Below, one piece after another: positions 25,960-39,033 of a stretch of DNA of 64,000 nt. Location: the NCBI RefSeq assembly GCF_006345805.1, contig NW_021832120.1, positions 248,001 to 312,000 of the forward strand, in the 5' to 3' direction. This DNA comes from Octopus sinensis (lineage: Eukaryota). The notes under the pieces were generated by a model. The model saw only the letters and a list, made by a program, of their open reading frames with translations. It was not told the origin of the DNA and did no database searches. Position 1 is the stretch's first letter, and each line of letters opens with the position of its first letter. The position numbers were made by a program, and so were the translations under genes.

Positions 25960-28239
25960 TAGCATCTAATTTTGTTTTTGGACTCTCACTCGTAATAAAA
26001 AAATTTTCTAGATAATAATGAATTTTTGTTGCTATATTTTATAAAGTTGTTCTATTTTACATTAAAATTTTGTTTTCAGTCTTTTTTTGTTTGGTTTACT
26101 TTGCCGAATTTTATAAATAAGGATTTTTTCTCATTCTAAAATAAATTTTCTGTCTTAAGTATGGAGAACATGACTTGATAAATTCAATTTTAATAAAATC
26201 ATATTTTCAATTTTTTTCATATGAATTTTAAACGTAAAAGAATAATTTAATAAACAGTAATACAGCATCCTCATTAATGGATTGACTGAGTTTGGTTTAG
26301 TTTTGATGCTATTTTATAAGATTTTCCGACCTTTAACATTAATAGTTCAAGCATTAGTGTTGACGCATCAAACATTAGTGTCGAAGCTCTAAAAATTAGC
26401 TTTTAAACCGCATATAAGTAAGCATTAACGTTTTTACGGAAATCAAATAACATTTGTAAGAATTAAAATTTTATTCAATAATTATTACATTCTGCTCAGC
26501 AAGGGTAACATATTTGAACATTTTTTGATAAAATAAGTCACAGTGTTCAATAATTATTTCATTAATGGAATTGATCAGCCTCGTATTATCTTCATCAAGA
26601 AAACTCTCAATCACAGCTAGCAAGGCCGAGCTGGAAGCGCTGACTGAGCACATTTGTAATGTGAGCAATTGGATCAGGAGCAAGACTCCGTCCTTGATGC
26701 ATACTGTACTTGTCGGGAACGAGCTGATAAATGGGACCTCAAAGAGTTGAAGCGTGTCGGGCAAAGAGAGAAGCTAATTCTCGTTTATCTGAGAAAGCTC
26801 TGAACTCATGAGTCTTGGTGTCAGCGTAAGGGAGAGAACAACCTGTTTGAGTTTAATCGCAGGCTGTTCTACCGGCGATTGCACAGAGAGAGGAAGGAGT
26901 GTAAATTAACAATAAATTTTATCTAAAAATTTTATTAGGACAACCTAAAATGGAATAACAATAAAACCGAATAAACATATTATTGATAATTAAAGAAGTG
27001 AAATTAAGTTAAATTAATTTTGCGGGGACAAATTATGTTATTTGTCAGTGTAGGACGACAATTCTTACATCTACTAAACTAAACTGTTAATTATTAAAAA
27101 CCGTAGGCCTTCACGAATTTCATTTCCACTCTTTCCAACAAGATGGTATGATTTGTGACATATATATTTTTATTGCAATTACTTCTTTTCGTACTCACAA
27201 TTCTAGAATTATTAACTTGGTTTACGAAATTGGTTGAGCACTCTTCTCCGAGAGGCACATTATCTGTGACACAGTTAAATGAAGTCTATAATGAGCCAGT
27301 AACCATACGCAATTTGTGCTGGCTTGAATTTGAACAAAATGAAAATTGTATGAAAAGGCATGTATCTAAAATTACAAAACAAAAATACAAAGAAGAGAGA
27401 GATGGAATCTGAGAAAATGCATCGACGTGAATATAGTTAATTTTTGGCATAAAGCCAGAGATCTAAAATTCGATATACATTAGATTTACATCACAGACAA
27501 AGATTTGTGTCCGCCAAAAGAGACATCTAGTATTTGGGTCAGAGTATCGGTTCGACAGTAACTAAAATAAGATTTATATAATACAATTTTTTGAGAGAAA
27601 GTAAATTAGTAAATCTGGGAGGGTAAGAGAAATTCACTCTTTTGAGAAAGACTATATAAGTCAATTATCATTCACTAATCTTGAGTTGTATTTTGCAATC
27701 GGTTCTGTAAATATTAAATATTCTGAGGTTACAAGTGATTGTCTGTATAGTTACATATTTATAGCTCAGGCAATAATTGATTAGTATAAGCAGAAAGGTA
27801 TGCATTTTACTAAAAAATGAATATTTATTTGACCTAAATGACACATTAATTTTACAAAATCATAAGTAATACCCCTATAATTTTATTTTTATAATTAATT
27901 TTAAACAAAATCAGGCAAATTCGATTTAGAAAGAAAAAGCTTTCAGAATACTCCTCCGCATGTTTAGTGTTCACTTAACCTTGGTTTTCCTGCGATTCTT
28001 TCACCCCAAAAGAGCTGTAAAAAAATTTTACTAAAAACAAATTTATTTATTAACAATAGGAAAATAGTCTGTTAGTTTTTTCCTTTTCATTTCTAATATT
28101 TTTCTGAAGTTACAATTTTTTTTAATTTGTAATTTTCGTAAAGTAAATTCTAATGTTTTTGTATTATTTTTTTTATTTTTTCTAAAAGATATTTAGAATT
28201 TAAATTTAAAACACGCAAAAAATCGGTTGTATTAATAAA

Positions 28240-29832
28240 ATTATGAAGATTAGTATTTGTCACGGACTTTCCCTGTTTCCAGGGAGATGCAAAAGCGTTA
28301 AAAATCCCAATCACAGCGGAAGAGGTGGAACTAGCGATAAATAAACTGAGGAACAACAAGAGTGCTGGGCCGGACAACATAAGCACCGAGCTCCTAAAAT
28401 ATGGGCCAAAAAAACTCAGCGACACAATTGCAAAAACCCTAAATAAAATTTTCGAAACTAATACCGATCTGGGACTTGGAAATGGATTACTAATACCCAT
28501 ACAAAAACCGAATAAACCAAAAGGACCAGTAGAAAATCTCCGCCCGATAATACTCCTGAATTCGATACGCAAGGTGCTGGCAAACGTCGCACTAAGGCGG
28601 ATAAAGGGTGTGGCGGATCAATACCTATCACCGAGTCAAAGTGGGTTCCGAGATGGGAGGTCTACGGCAGACATTGTATGGAGCCACAGATGGCGCTGCG
28701 CAACGCACCAAAGATTCAAGAGCACAACGACCGTGCTGGGAATAGATCTCTCCAGAGCCTTCGACTCAATAAACAGACAGAAACTGATGAATGTGCTTGA
28801 GCAAATACTGGATGAATCATCGGTTAGGATAATCAGACTACTACTTGCGAACACAAGACTATCTGTGAGGACAGAAGGAGCAACTTCCAGCAGTTTCAAA
28901 ACAACGACTGGGAAAACCCAGGGTGACTCCCTCTCCCCCTACTATTCACCATCTACCTTGAATCTGCACTCCGCGATCTCCGTAAATGTTATACGGGAGA
29001 CATAGAAGAGGCATCTAATGCCGATGATGTGGATTTCGTATCACGGGACGTGACCGCACTCCAACACCTAGTAGAAAATGCACCTATGGAGCTTGGGAAA
29101 TGGGTCCTCAGCGTAAATGTGAACAAAACTGAGATTACGGAAATCAAAAGAGAAGATGATACTACCCATGAAAGATGGAGACACACTAATAAGCTTGGAT
29201 CCCTACTGGGAGACGCTGAAGATGTACTAAGGAGGAAAACACTGGCGAACTCGGCAATGGCGAAACTGAAGAAAGGATGGCTAAGAGCCAAAGGACTTGG
29301 AGTTGGCATCAGATGCAGGCTCTACAACGCGTTTGTGAAACCGATCTTGCTGTACAACGCTGGGACATGGGGATGTTCCTTCAACGATCTACGGAAACTG
29401 GATTCATTCCATAGAAGGCAACTAAGAAGCTTACTCGGAATGGAGTGGCCACGTCGAATATCAACCAATGGTATCTACAACAAGTGTATGTGCTCCTGTA
29501 TCAGCGGGGATGTGGTAGATGCCCGTGGAGGCTTTTCGGGCATGTACTAAGAATGAACCCGGACGCACCCCTAACAAAGCGATGGAAGACTACTTCGACA
29601 AGATGCGACATACCCTTCCGCGGACGACCTAGATCGACACTTCCAACTGCCTAAACAAAGACCTAAATCGAGTGAGGAAAAACCTAAAGACGGGGGACGA
29701 CCTGGACGAATTGAGATCACTCGCATACGACAGAGGAAAATGGTAAAAACTAACCTTAAATATCGTTACATTGAGTGTTGCACATGCGGGGCTATAAACA
29801 TTATGGCTTTCGTGAAAGTGCTATAATAATAA
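28240..29832 (+). mobile_element. 5'-truncated RTE-type LINE (copy 1, frameshifted)
   Basis: KSAGPDNI, LRPIILL, QSGFR, DLSRAFDS, QGDSLSP, ADD, LLYNAGTW, GRPR; (TAA)n tail. Confidence 0.88.
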
Positions 29833-30020
29833 TACAGGAAACAAAATACAACAGAGCAATCCAGCACGTAAAAAAAGAACTCATGATCAACTGAGTCAAA
29901 TGCCTTTTCCAAAATTCAGTTAGAGCATTATTTCGTGCAGCATGAAATCTACAAGTACCCTTTTTTAAATGAAAAATGCTATGGATCTATCCAAAAGTTT
30001 GAATTTACAATACTTTAAAC

Positions 30021-30270
30021 CAGGGTTTTTTAACCGGGGATTCATGTCCCGAGGTACGCGAGAAGATCCAGGGGGTACGCGGAACATTTTTTAATTTGTT
30101 ATTATTAACATGATTTTAATAATTTAATCGATTTCGATAGCATGCTTCATTTGTTTTTCGTTATGGTTAATAAAACGCGTAAATGGGATGACTCATATAT
30201 GCAATATGGATTCACCAAATCTTTTGGAACAGACAATGTGGATAAGGCGCAGTGTATGTTGTCTTTAGAA
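30021..30270 (+). mobile_element. 5' end fragment of a Buster/ZBED5-like hAT element
   Basis: CAGGGTTTTTTAACC terminus, GGGGGTACGCG subterminal motif, MVNKTRKWDDSYMQYGF..AQC. Confidence 0.65.
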
Positions 30271-30989
30271 ACGAATGTTTAGAATCGACTCGGCACATGA
30301 TCTTAACGTATTATCAATGGAATGCAATATTTTATATCGTATAAAACAGGGCCTGCATCTCAATAAGTATAATAGTTTGAGGACGTGAATGCAATATTTG
30401 AGGAGGAAAAAGGTCTCCATATTTTATATATTCTAAGTATTGCACTAAGGAAAATAAACTTACTTTTTTGCAAACTCAATTAACAATCCTAGCTTTTTTG
30501 CCATAAGATAATTTGTCCCTTTGACAACTTGATCGTTGTAGCTTTCAATTTTGATCTGTGGACGACTATATATTCTATGGCGTTCATAATATTGTCATTG
30601 AATAAATATTCATTCAAGATAAAATATTTATTTTTGATCTTTCTATTTATTAGTTAAAGGACTCATTCAGTACCCTATACGATTTCAAAACAATATTTAC
30701 ATGATGCATCTGCGCGATTTTTCTTAAAATAAGATTGTTTTGTGAAGCTTATACATTTACACTAGGTCATGTTTATATATTAAACTTCATTAAAAATGAA
30801 TTTTTTTAGTTTATGATTACATTTCATAATTCGAACAGCAAATACTGTTCCATAATCATCCAATACATTGCATTAGCAATGGAGCAACTGTTTCTATTAA
30901 TCTTTTAGTAAATTCGTTAAGATTTTTAACAGGAATAATCTTAAGAAGTTTTACTGTAATGCATAGTTAACTCTTATTTAAATAAACAC

Positions 30990-31625
30990 TCTTAATAGTG
31001 TTTAATCTAAAAACAATCCACAACCGCCGAAAGTAAATCCAAAGTAGGTCTTTCCTTCGAACAGTCATAGTAGTCAATAACATACATATCTTACATCAAA
31101 ACCACACCGATCGACATACCAGTCGTGACGATCGAAGGGTAATTGATACCTAAAGAACTAAACTGTAATATTTCTAATTCTTCTCCAAAAAATTTCTAAT
31201 TCTTGCACGCAGAAAAATATTGTCACTTCTCCCCCGGAAACGGCGTAAATTAGGACTAAGACAATCACTAATATATTTGTTCCATATTTAAAACTTCGCG
31301 TGAAGGCTTTCATTTGAGAATCTCGATAACCTAACAATAACACGGTAAAACATTTCAGAAGATAAATAAGTCCAATTTTTTGAATCAAAAGAGGGCATTG
31401 GAATACTTGACGTTTCTCATTTTTTGGATTACAGAAATTCTGAGAAACTGTATCCTTACTAAGATCTGGAATCTATTTTCTAGGATTTCATATTATTGAC
31501 AACCATATTCCGATCATTTACAATCTCTATATTGTTCTGTGCAATTGGAAACCCTCCTTCTGATGGGTTAGAGATTTCGTATTATTATTCAACTTCTCTT
31601 TTGATATTGGGCAAAAAACTTCATT
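30990..31625 (-). pseudogene. HCCS: Holocytochrome c synthase (cytochrome c heme lyase), disrupted
   Basis: [55 protein letters not shown]. The central HN..NE segment is missing, one splice donor is damaged, and there are frameshifts. Confidence 0.75.
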
Positions 31626-31713
31626 AAAATATAATTAATTAGAAAACTAAGAAACAGAATTGAATACCAGCTTCGTTAAAAGACGCATGTGACGTAATTA
31701 CTGTAATGTAATT

Positions 31714-32936
31714 TGTCACCGGCCACAACTGTTACTACCGCCAGATGTGTTACACACCAACATCAAATTGTCAAGTTGAAAAAACTTAAAACATGAATCC
31801 TTTGGTATATTTCTATGAAATCAAAGAAAACTTATAAATTTTTAAAAATATTGATGTTTTTTTAAATTACAAATACACGTTAAAAATGCGTTTAGTGCAA
31901 GTAACAAAGGAAGACTTAGAATTACTTAAGGAACTTAAGAGCAATCCTGAGCTCGTATTCGTCAGCAGGACGCTTTCGCGGATGCAAAGATCAAGACTAC
32001 TGAAATTAGCAAATAAATTTGATTTTTTGGATGGAGCTCCATATATCACTAAAGATGGACTTAAATTAAGATTTTTCTGCAGCGATGAAGCTGAACTTAA
32101 AGATAAATATATTGAAGTTTGCATAATAAATGTTTATTTCAATTGGCTGAACATAATTTGAATCATTTTGGTCGAGACCGGTTGTTTTCAAAATTGGCGC
32201 GCTTATACCACGGAATATCACGTGCAGAGATCAATCGTGTCATAAAACGAAAATGATGACATAGATGACATAGAATATTTGGAAGAGGAAAGGAATGAAG
32301 CGTATGTAAATATTCTGTTGGCAGCTGATAAAATGGCTCAGAGAAGAAAATGGAAGTATGACGAGGCTACTTTTAGTGTAGGAGAGATAGTAATCTTAAG
32401 GTATTTGGATGTATAAACATGTAATTTAGGCAAGATAATGACGCTAACAAACGACAATATCCACTTTATGATGGATTAGAGATGGTGAAATACACAATTG
32501 TGGCAAAAGACGATTTTGTAGTAACAATACACAAAGTGAGACAGGTGACATGTATGAGAAAATACATGTTTCACGCTTAATAAAATTGGGATATCCTTCT
32601 TTTTTGTGATTCCTTGATAGAAAACGTTTTAAACTAATAAGAGGCTTTTAATTTTTTTTATTAAAAAAAAAGAATAATTATTTATAAAAAAAAAGATATG
32701 GATAAGCCAAAATTAAATAGATTGCTAAATAATTAAAACTCATATTTTACACGGTATGTTGTTTTTGGGAAAAAATTCATGTTTCAGTCCAAATTTTTCT
32801 ATTCAGAAAAGCATATTTTTGCGAACAATTAGGTTATGCTTTGTATTAATTTTTAATTTTAAAAGTTTTTATTTCTATTTATATGAATTTTTAGTGTAAC
32901 ATATCTGGCGGAGTAACAGTTGTGGCCTGTGTGACA
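31714..32936 (+). mobile_element. Ginger-like TIR element A, non-autonomous (integrase core deleted)
   Basis: ~45-bp TIRs TGTCAC..GGCCACAACTGTTACT.CCGCCAGAT.TGTTACAC; flanks TAATT/TAATA. Spliced internal ORF with EHNLNHFGRDRL (Zn-binding HH) and FSVGEIVILR (SH3-like tail). Confidence 0.8.
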
Positions 32937-34699
32937 TAATAATTATTGAAAAAAATTTAATTGTTATAATTTTGGTGACTTGTTCGAAAAATGTTTCTTT
33001 TATCTTGGGAAGTATTATTGAAATTGAAGTGGGAAAAATCAATCCGTGGAAGAATGGCTGAGAATAATTAGAAACTGTGAACAATCGAGGAGCCACTGAC
33101 TGAGATGAACCAAATAGAGAGTGAAACACTTGGCCATTGAAGGCCGAGTTTTTAAATGGAAGGTCTCGATAAGCAATGTTGCTACTTCCGCCAAATACAG
33201 TATTCATTGAGTCAAAACAAGGCCTCTTATTGGAAGATAAAGGAAATCGCAGAATATGTGGTTCATTTTGGATATCCTGACAAAGAGAACGTACTGATCC
33301 TTCTATGAGGACTAAAGAGGGAGGTTCATTCTCAACTTCTAAATTATTTATATCTTTATCCTCGTCAGAATCTTCAATGACAATAACATCGTCTTCATTT
33401 TTCAAAATATTCGCCACATTCTCAGTTATCGGAGTAGGTTCTTTATGTTCAGTGGTATCAGAAATTTCTAGGAAAATCAACAATAGCAAGTAACCTTTAG
33501 CAGGTTCCATTTTATCTGAAACACGGTGCCAAAGCCCATTCTCATCAAACCTAACAGATCTCACGTGAGTTTCAGTCTGCATTAAAATGAAGGAGACGTA
33601 TCTTATGGAATAATATAGTCAAAACACAATACTCGTCAATCTTCACGTAGCAAAAGTCCATAGGCCGAAAACAGATAGGACAGCGCCAATTAGGTCTTTT
33701 CTCATTCATTGTGAGAAAAGTATGGGCATCAAAACATTGAATGTGGTCACATTGCGTTGACCTGACCGGAAGAGACAAACGAGTCTGGATATCTACACAT
33801 GTAAATGAGAATATTGAAACAGGACATAAGAGAGTGAGGAATATATCAGTCACAACAGGTTCGTCAGTTTCATTGCTTCCAGAAAGACGTTCAGTGACTA
33901 AAAAGTCACTTTATTAGGTCAATACTCCATTTCTGAATCTGTTCAGTTGTTATTAGAGATCGAGATTGTATTTTATTTATTAAATCGTTAACTGATAATT
34001 TTTAACAACAAAAATTCCCGCGTAATATTGATCCTAAAAATAAATATAAAAATTACTTTTTCGCTAGAACTGTTACGGACAAATAAACAATTTGTGCTAT
34101 TAGAACGTGTGATTGTCACCATAGTCACATCAACAGGAATCCGCGGGCGTTTCCGTACTTCGTTTTGTCGCTTGATAGGGAGGTATGGCTAAATAAAAGG
34201 TCGACTTATATAGAATACTGGAAGATCAACAGATTTTGAGTTGAGTTTACACGTTAAAGTTGACGGATATTTATCACGCAAAACATTTGATTCAAAACGC
34301 CAATTCTAAAATTATTAATTTGAACTGAACCTAAGTTGTACTTGAAATTCAGTCCTCAATCCCATATAGTCAAAGAATCTGTATTATAAAAATGAAATAT
34401 CAAAATTATTTATATTGAATAAATATTATTGATAAACATATTTTAAATTTTTTAAAAAACAATTACTTTAAATCTGGGAAGGTATTGTAAATTGACTCTG
34501 CAAAAGTAAATAAGTTTCTGCTGTCGCCGTCAGTTATATTATCACCTGAAATAATGTATGACAGCAATACCATTCTTGATTAAGGTGGGAATAAAAGTGC
34601 GTAAAGGTTTTCATAATAAGGAATGTCTTCAAATTTAAGAGAATTCAAATCTATCGGGGGACCAAATTGTATTGTAGGAAATATCGTTTTTATTGGAAA

Positions 34700-37600
34700 C
34701 TAGCTCAGCAGTTCGCTTCGCTCACTGCGAGCTAGCTCCTGCGGAGGCCCTGCTCGCTACGCTCGCAGTTTCCTTAAATAACTATAAATTTATGTAGATA
34801 TATAAATGCGACCTGCTTTGATATAACCTTATTCTAAGGCCTGTGGATAAACGATTGTTTGCAGTCCGTCCATCCTTGGCAAATATAAATAATTTCTCTT
34901 CTACCTACCCTTGAGCACCCCACATACAGCTGGCCATGTGAAAAGCACTCGTTCTCTAAAAATAAGCCTACTACCTTTAAAGACTGTCCTGGGCCTTGTT
35001 TATTGTCATAGCAAAACTTATCTTCAGCGGAAATTGTAGTCTCTTAAATCTATCGCAGGCCCTTTCATGGTCCATAATAACGTCGACCGATTTATATATT
35101 CTTTCTCTGCCAGGGATTTTCATTAATAAATCTAAATTTATATTAAGTACCTCATCATTAAGTGGAGCTAATATAGCTCGTTCACGCAGCCAGTCGAAAT
35201 TCACGTAGTGTTCAGATAGTTCGGAATAGACGGCATTCAATAATTCTTCTGCTGTTTCTACGAAAATACATAATTCTTCGGTAGCCTAATTTTCTGGTCG
35301 TGCATTCTGAAGTGATTGCCCCATTTCCAATATCTAGAAGGATTTGTGGGAATATGCTATTAACGCCTTGTAAATGTGCATGTACATTTACATCTAAGCT
35401 TACCTTTTTCACGTGTGTCCACAAATATGACGATTTGAGGCAGGCATTCAATTCATCCGCAGGCGTCCCTCTTTGAATAATTGGCAGCGTCTGTCTAAAA
35501 TCACCTGCCAATACAACTAATGCTCCCCCAAACAAATGGTCGCTACAATTCTTGATATCTCTATATGTTCGGTCAACTGCTTGAATGCGCCTTTATGAGC
35601 CATCGTACATTCATCCCAAACAATAACCTAGAATGCATAATTCTATTACCCGTAGTTGAGTCTAACAGCAGTCCTGACCTGTTCAGCTGTTGTCTAAGTT
35701 CCCTCACCATTTAAGCACATCTTCCCTCGTTTCTCTTTTTTTGTTATATGGTTCATATTCTCTTGTTTGTTAACATTCTCAGATCTCTCTTTATAGGACA
35801 TTCTTATGATTTTGTAAACGCGAATCAGTAATTTATATAAATTTTCTACGTAAATTATTTAGTGAAATTTATGTAAAGTGTATTATCCAATCAAAGCCAT
35901 TATACTTAATTGCCTCTATGTTTAAAGGAATTGAAACTTTAGCATAATCGAACTTGTCTGTTTCGGTAAAGAAAATGATAATCAGCTTCATCTTTGTAGT
36001 ATTATAAGGAAAAAAATTAAAGCCTGTTAAATCAAGGAGATTTAAATATAGGCAAATTGAAATTTACATGACTAATTAAATTTTATTTGCCTCTATCTTT
36101 TAAGAAATCTAAACAGTAGCATAATCGAATTTGTCAGTTTCGGCAGTTAAAAAGAATCAATTATGTAATCTCTAATAATTTTTGCTTTTTCCTTTTTAGT
36201 GGTTTTCAAAATCTGATAATGCACAGTCTATTCATGGTCGATAACAATTAGAGCTTTTATTTTATTTTTTTAACGAAAATTTAACAAAAAAGAATTTATG
36301 TCATCGAAAAAGATAGCTAAGCTAATTAATGGCCTCACGAGGCTTGAAGGTTGTGGAGGACCTCATCATGTGAGTCGAGGACTTCTTGTCGTTCATTTTA
36401 ACAAAAACGCAGAAAATATTTTTTTTTAATTTTTGGCTTGAAGGTTTTGGGGGGACCACATCATGTGAGTCGAGGACTTTCTTGTTGTTCATTTAACAAA
36501 AACGCAGAAAATATTTTTTTTTAATTTTTGGCTTGAAGGTTTTGAGGGACCACATCATGTGAGTCGAGGACTTTCTTGTTGGTCATTTTAACAAAAACGC
36601 AGAAAATAATTTTTTTTAATTTTTTGGCTTGAAGGTTTTGAGGGACCACATCATGTGAGTCGAGGACTTTCTTGTTGTTCATTTTAACAAAAACGCAGAA
36701 AATAATTTTTTTTAATTTTTTGGCTTGAAGGTTTTGGGGGACCACATCATGTGAGTCGAGGACTTTCTTGTTGTTTATTTTAACAAAAACGCAGAAAATA
36801 ATTTTTTTAATTTTTGGCTTGAAAGTTTTGGGGGACCACATCATGTGAGTCGAGGACTTTCTTGTCGTTCATTTTAACAAAAACGCAGAAAATAATTTTT
36901 TTAATTTTTTACCTTGAAGGTTTTGGGGGACCACATCATGTGAGTCGAGGACTTTCTTGTTGTTCATTTTAACAAAAACGCAGAAAATAATTTTTTTAAT
37001 TTTTTACCTTGAAGGTTTTGGGGGGACCACATCATGTGAGTCGAGGACTTTCTTGTTGTTCATTTAACAAAAACGCAGAAAATAATTTTTTTTAATTTTT
37101 TGGCTTGAAGGTTTTGGGGGACCACATCATGTGAGTCGAGGACTTTCTTGTTGTTCATTTTAACAAAAACGCAGAAAATAATTTTTTTTAATTTTTGGCT
37201 TGAAGGTTTTGGGGGGACCACATCATGTGAGTCGAGGACTTTCTTGTTGTTCATTTTACAAAAACGCAGAAGAAAATAATTTTTTTAATTTTTGGCTTGA
37301 AGGTTTTGGGGGACCACATCATGTGAGTCGAGGACTTTCTTGTTGTTCATTTTAACAAAAACGCAGAAAATAATTTTTAATTTTTTAGCTTGAAGGTTTT
37401 GGGGGACCACATCATGTGAGTCGAGGACTTTCTTGTTGTTCATTTGAACAAAAACGCAGAAAATAATTTTTTTTAATTTTTGGCTTGAAGGTTTTGGGGG
37501 ACCACATCATGTGAGTCGAGGACTTTCTTGTTGTTCATTTTAACAAAAACGCAGAAAATAATTTTTTTAATTTTTTGGCTTGAAGGTTTTGGGGGACCAC

Positions 37601-38556
37601 ATCATGTGAGTCGAGGACTTTCTTGTTGTTCATTTTAACAAAAACGCAGAAAATAATTTTTTTTAATTTTTTGGCTTGAAGGTTTTGGGGGACCACATCA
37701 TGTGAGTCGAGGACTTTTTGTTGTTCATTTAACAAAAACGCAGAAAATAATTTTTTTTAATTTTTGGCTTGAAGGTTTTGGGGGACCACATCATGTGAGT
37801 CGAGGACTTTCTTGTTGTTCATTTTAACAAAAACGCAGAAAATAATTTTTTTAATTTTTTAGCTTGAAGGTTTTGGGGGACCACATCATGTGAGTCGAGG
37901 ACTTTCTTGTTGTTCATTTTAACAAAAACGCAGAAAATAATTTTTTTAATTTTTTAGCTTGAAGGTTTTGGGGGACCACATCATGTGAGTCGAGGACTTT
38001 CTTGTTGTTCATTTTAACAAAAACGCAGAAATAAAAATTTTTTTTAATTTTTGGCTTGAAGGTTGGGGGACCACATCATGTGAGTCGAGGACTTTCTTGT
38101 TGTTCATTAACAAAAACGCAGAAAATAATTTTTTTTAATTTTTTGGCTTGAAGGTTTTGGGGGACCACATCATGTGAGTCGAGGACTTTCTTGTTGTTCA
38201 TTTTAACAAAAACGCAGAAAATAATTTTTTTAATTTTTTGGCTTGAAGGTTTTGGGGGACCTCATCATGTGAGTCGAGGACTTTCTTGTTGTTCATTTTA
38301 ACAAAAACGCAGAAAATTGACTTGAAGGTTTTGGGGGACCTCATCATCGAGGATATTCTTTCTATTAAAATTTTTTGACAGGAAGGTTCTTAGAGGATAT
38401 CAACCTTTTATTGTGCCTCATTATCGAATAACTACAAAAGGGAAGGTTTTGACAATTTGATCTGGTTTGTAACAATTTGAATGTGGTGTGCACAGACAGA
38501 CAGACAGACACACAGACAGACAGACAGACACACACCATACCATTTTATTATTAAGA
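34700..38556 (-). mobile_element. Non-autonomous Helitron with PIF1 helicase fragments and an internal satellite
   Basis: 5' A|TCTTAATAATAAAA followed by (TGTC)n; 3' GC-rich hairpin then CTAG|T; no TSD; helicase motifs WDECTM, FGG..VVLAGDFRQTLP, RAILAPLN, QFPLKISFAMTINKAQ, HGQLYV. Confidence 0.88.
36341..38345. repeat. Tandem satellite array, ~95-bp unit, ~21 copies
   Basis: Unit GCTTGAAGGTTTTGGGGGACCACATCATGTGAGTCGAGGACTTTCTTGTTGTTCATTTTAACAAAAACGCAGAAAATAATTTTTTTTAATTTTTTG; copies differ mainly in homopolymer length. Confidence 0.97.
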
Positions 38557-39033
38557 TATAGCATTATCCCTATTGCTAAAATATATAATTTGTTATCTGG
38601 TGTACTCAAAAATAGATTTTATTTCTTTCAGAAAATCAGGATTGTAAACTCTTTCAAAGGATCTCATTGGCCATCATGCGCGGGAATTGCCAGTCGATTC
38701 GCTGCGCATTTTAACTCTTTTCGTTATTAACAATAAGTTTGTCATTTAAAAAAAAAAAAAAAATTAATTATTAATCAATGGAACTAGTTTAATTAAAATA
38801 CTAAAAATGTATATAGAATAGAATAGAATAGTGTTTATTGAGCGAAAGAAAAAGAAAAACAAGGAAGAAAAACATCGGCGGGGAGATATAAAACAATAAT
38901 TAATATATATGCATATAAAACAATAATTAATATATAATGCATATTAAATTTATTTTTGTTATAAATAATTAATTTATTATATGAATTTTATTTTAAAAAT
39001 ATAAAAATTGTTTAAATAAAAAAAAAAACTTTT

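Larger units (their letters stand above)
24394..29832 (+). repeat. Segmental duplication copy 1 (partner 49819-55522)
   Basis: Near-identical CRE REL remnant, AT-rich spacer, gene-like fragments (26471-26764, 27155-27412) and RTE element in both copies. Confidence 0.93.
32937..38745 (-). pseudogene. PIAS: PIAS-family SUMO E3 ligase (PINIT, SP-RING, SIM) split by a Helitron; disrupted or mis-sequenced
   Basis: LKFEDIPYYE, YPSTLTCKLNSK.VDLP, KRPRIPVDVT, LPVRSTQCDHIQCFDA..MNEKRPNWRCPIC, SIM VIVIEDSDED. Three 1-nt homopolymer deletions; 5' exons lie at 38557-38745. Confidence 0.8.

Noticed and set aside
26471-27560. Functional divergent gene pair within the duplication (also 52149-53250)
   Set aside because: Exon-like pieces exist, but I could not join them without stops or bad splice sites, and no family is recognisable; treated as gene fragments.
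36341-38345. CRISPR-like array; repetitive ORFs (KVLDSHDVVPQNLQAK)
   Set aside because: Units are head-to-tail with no unique spacers, there are no cas genes, and the context is eukaryotic. The ORFs are by-products of a ~96-bp period.
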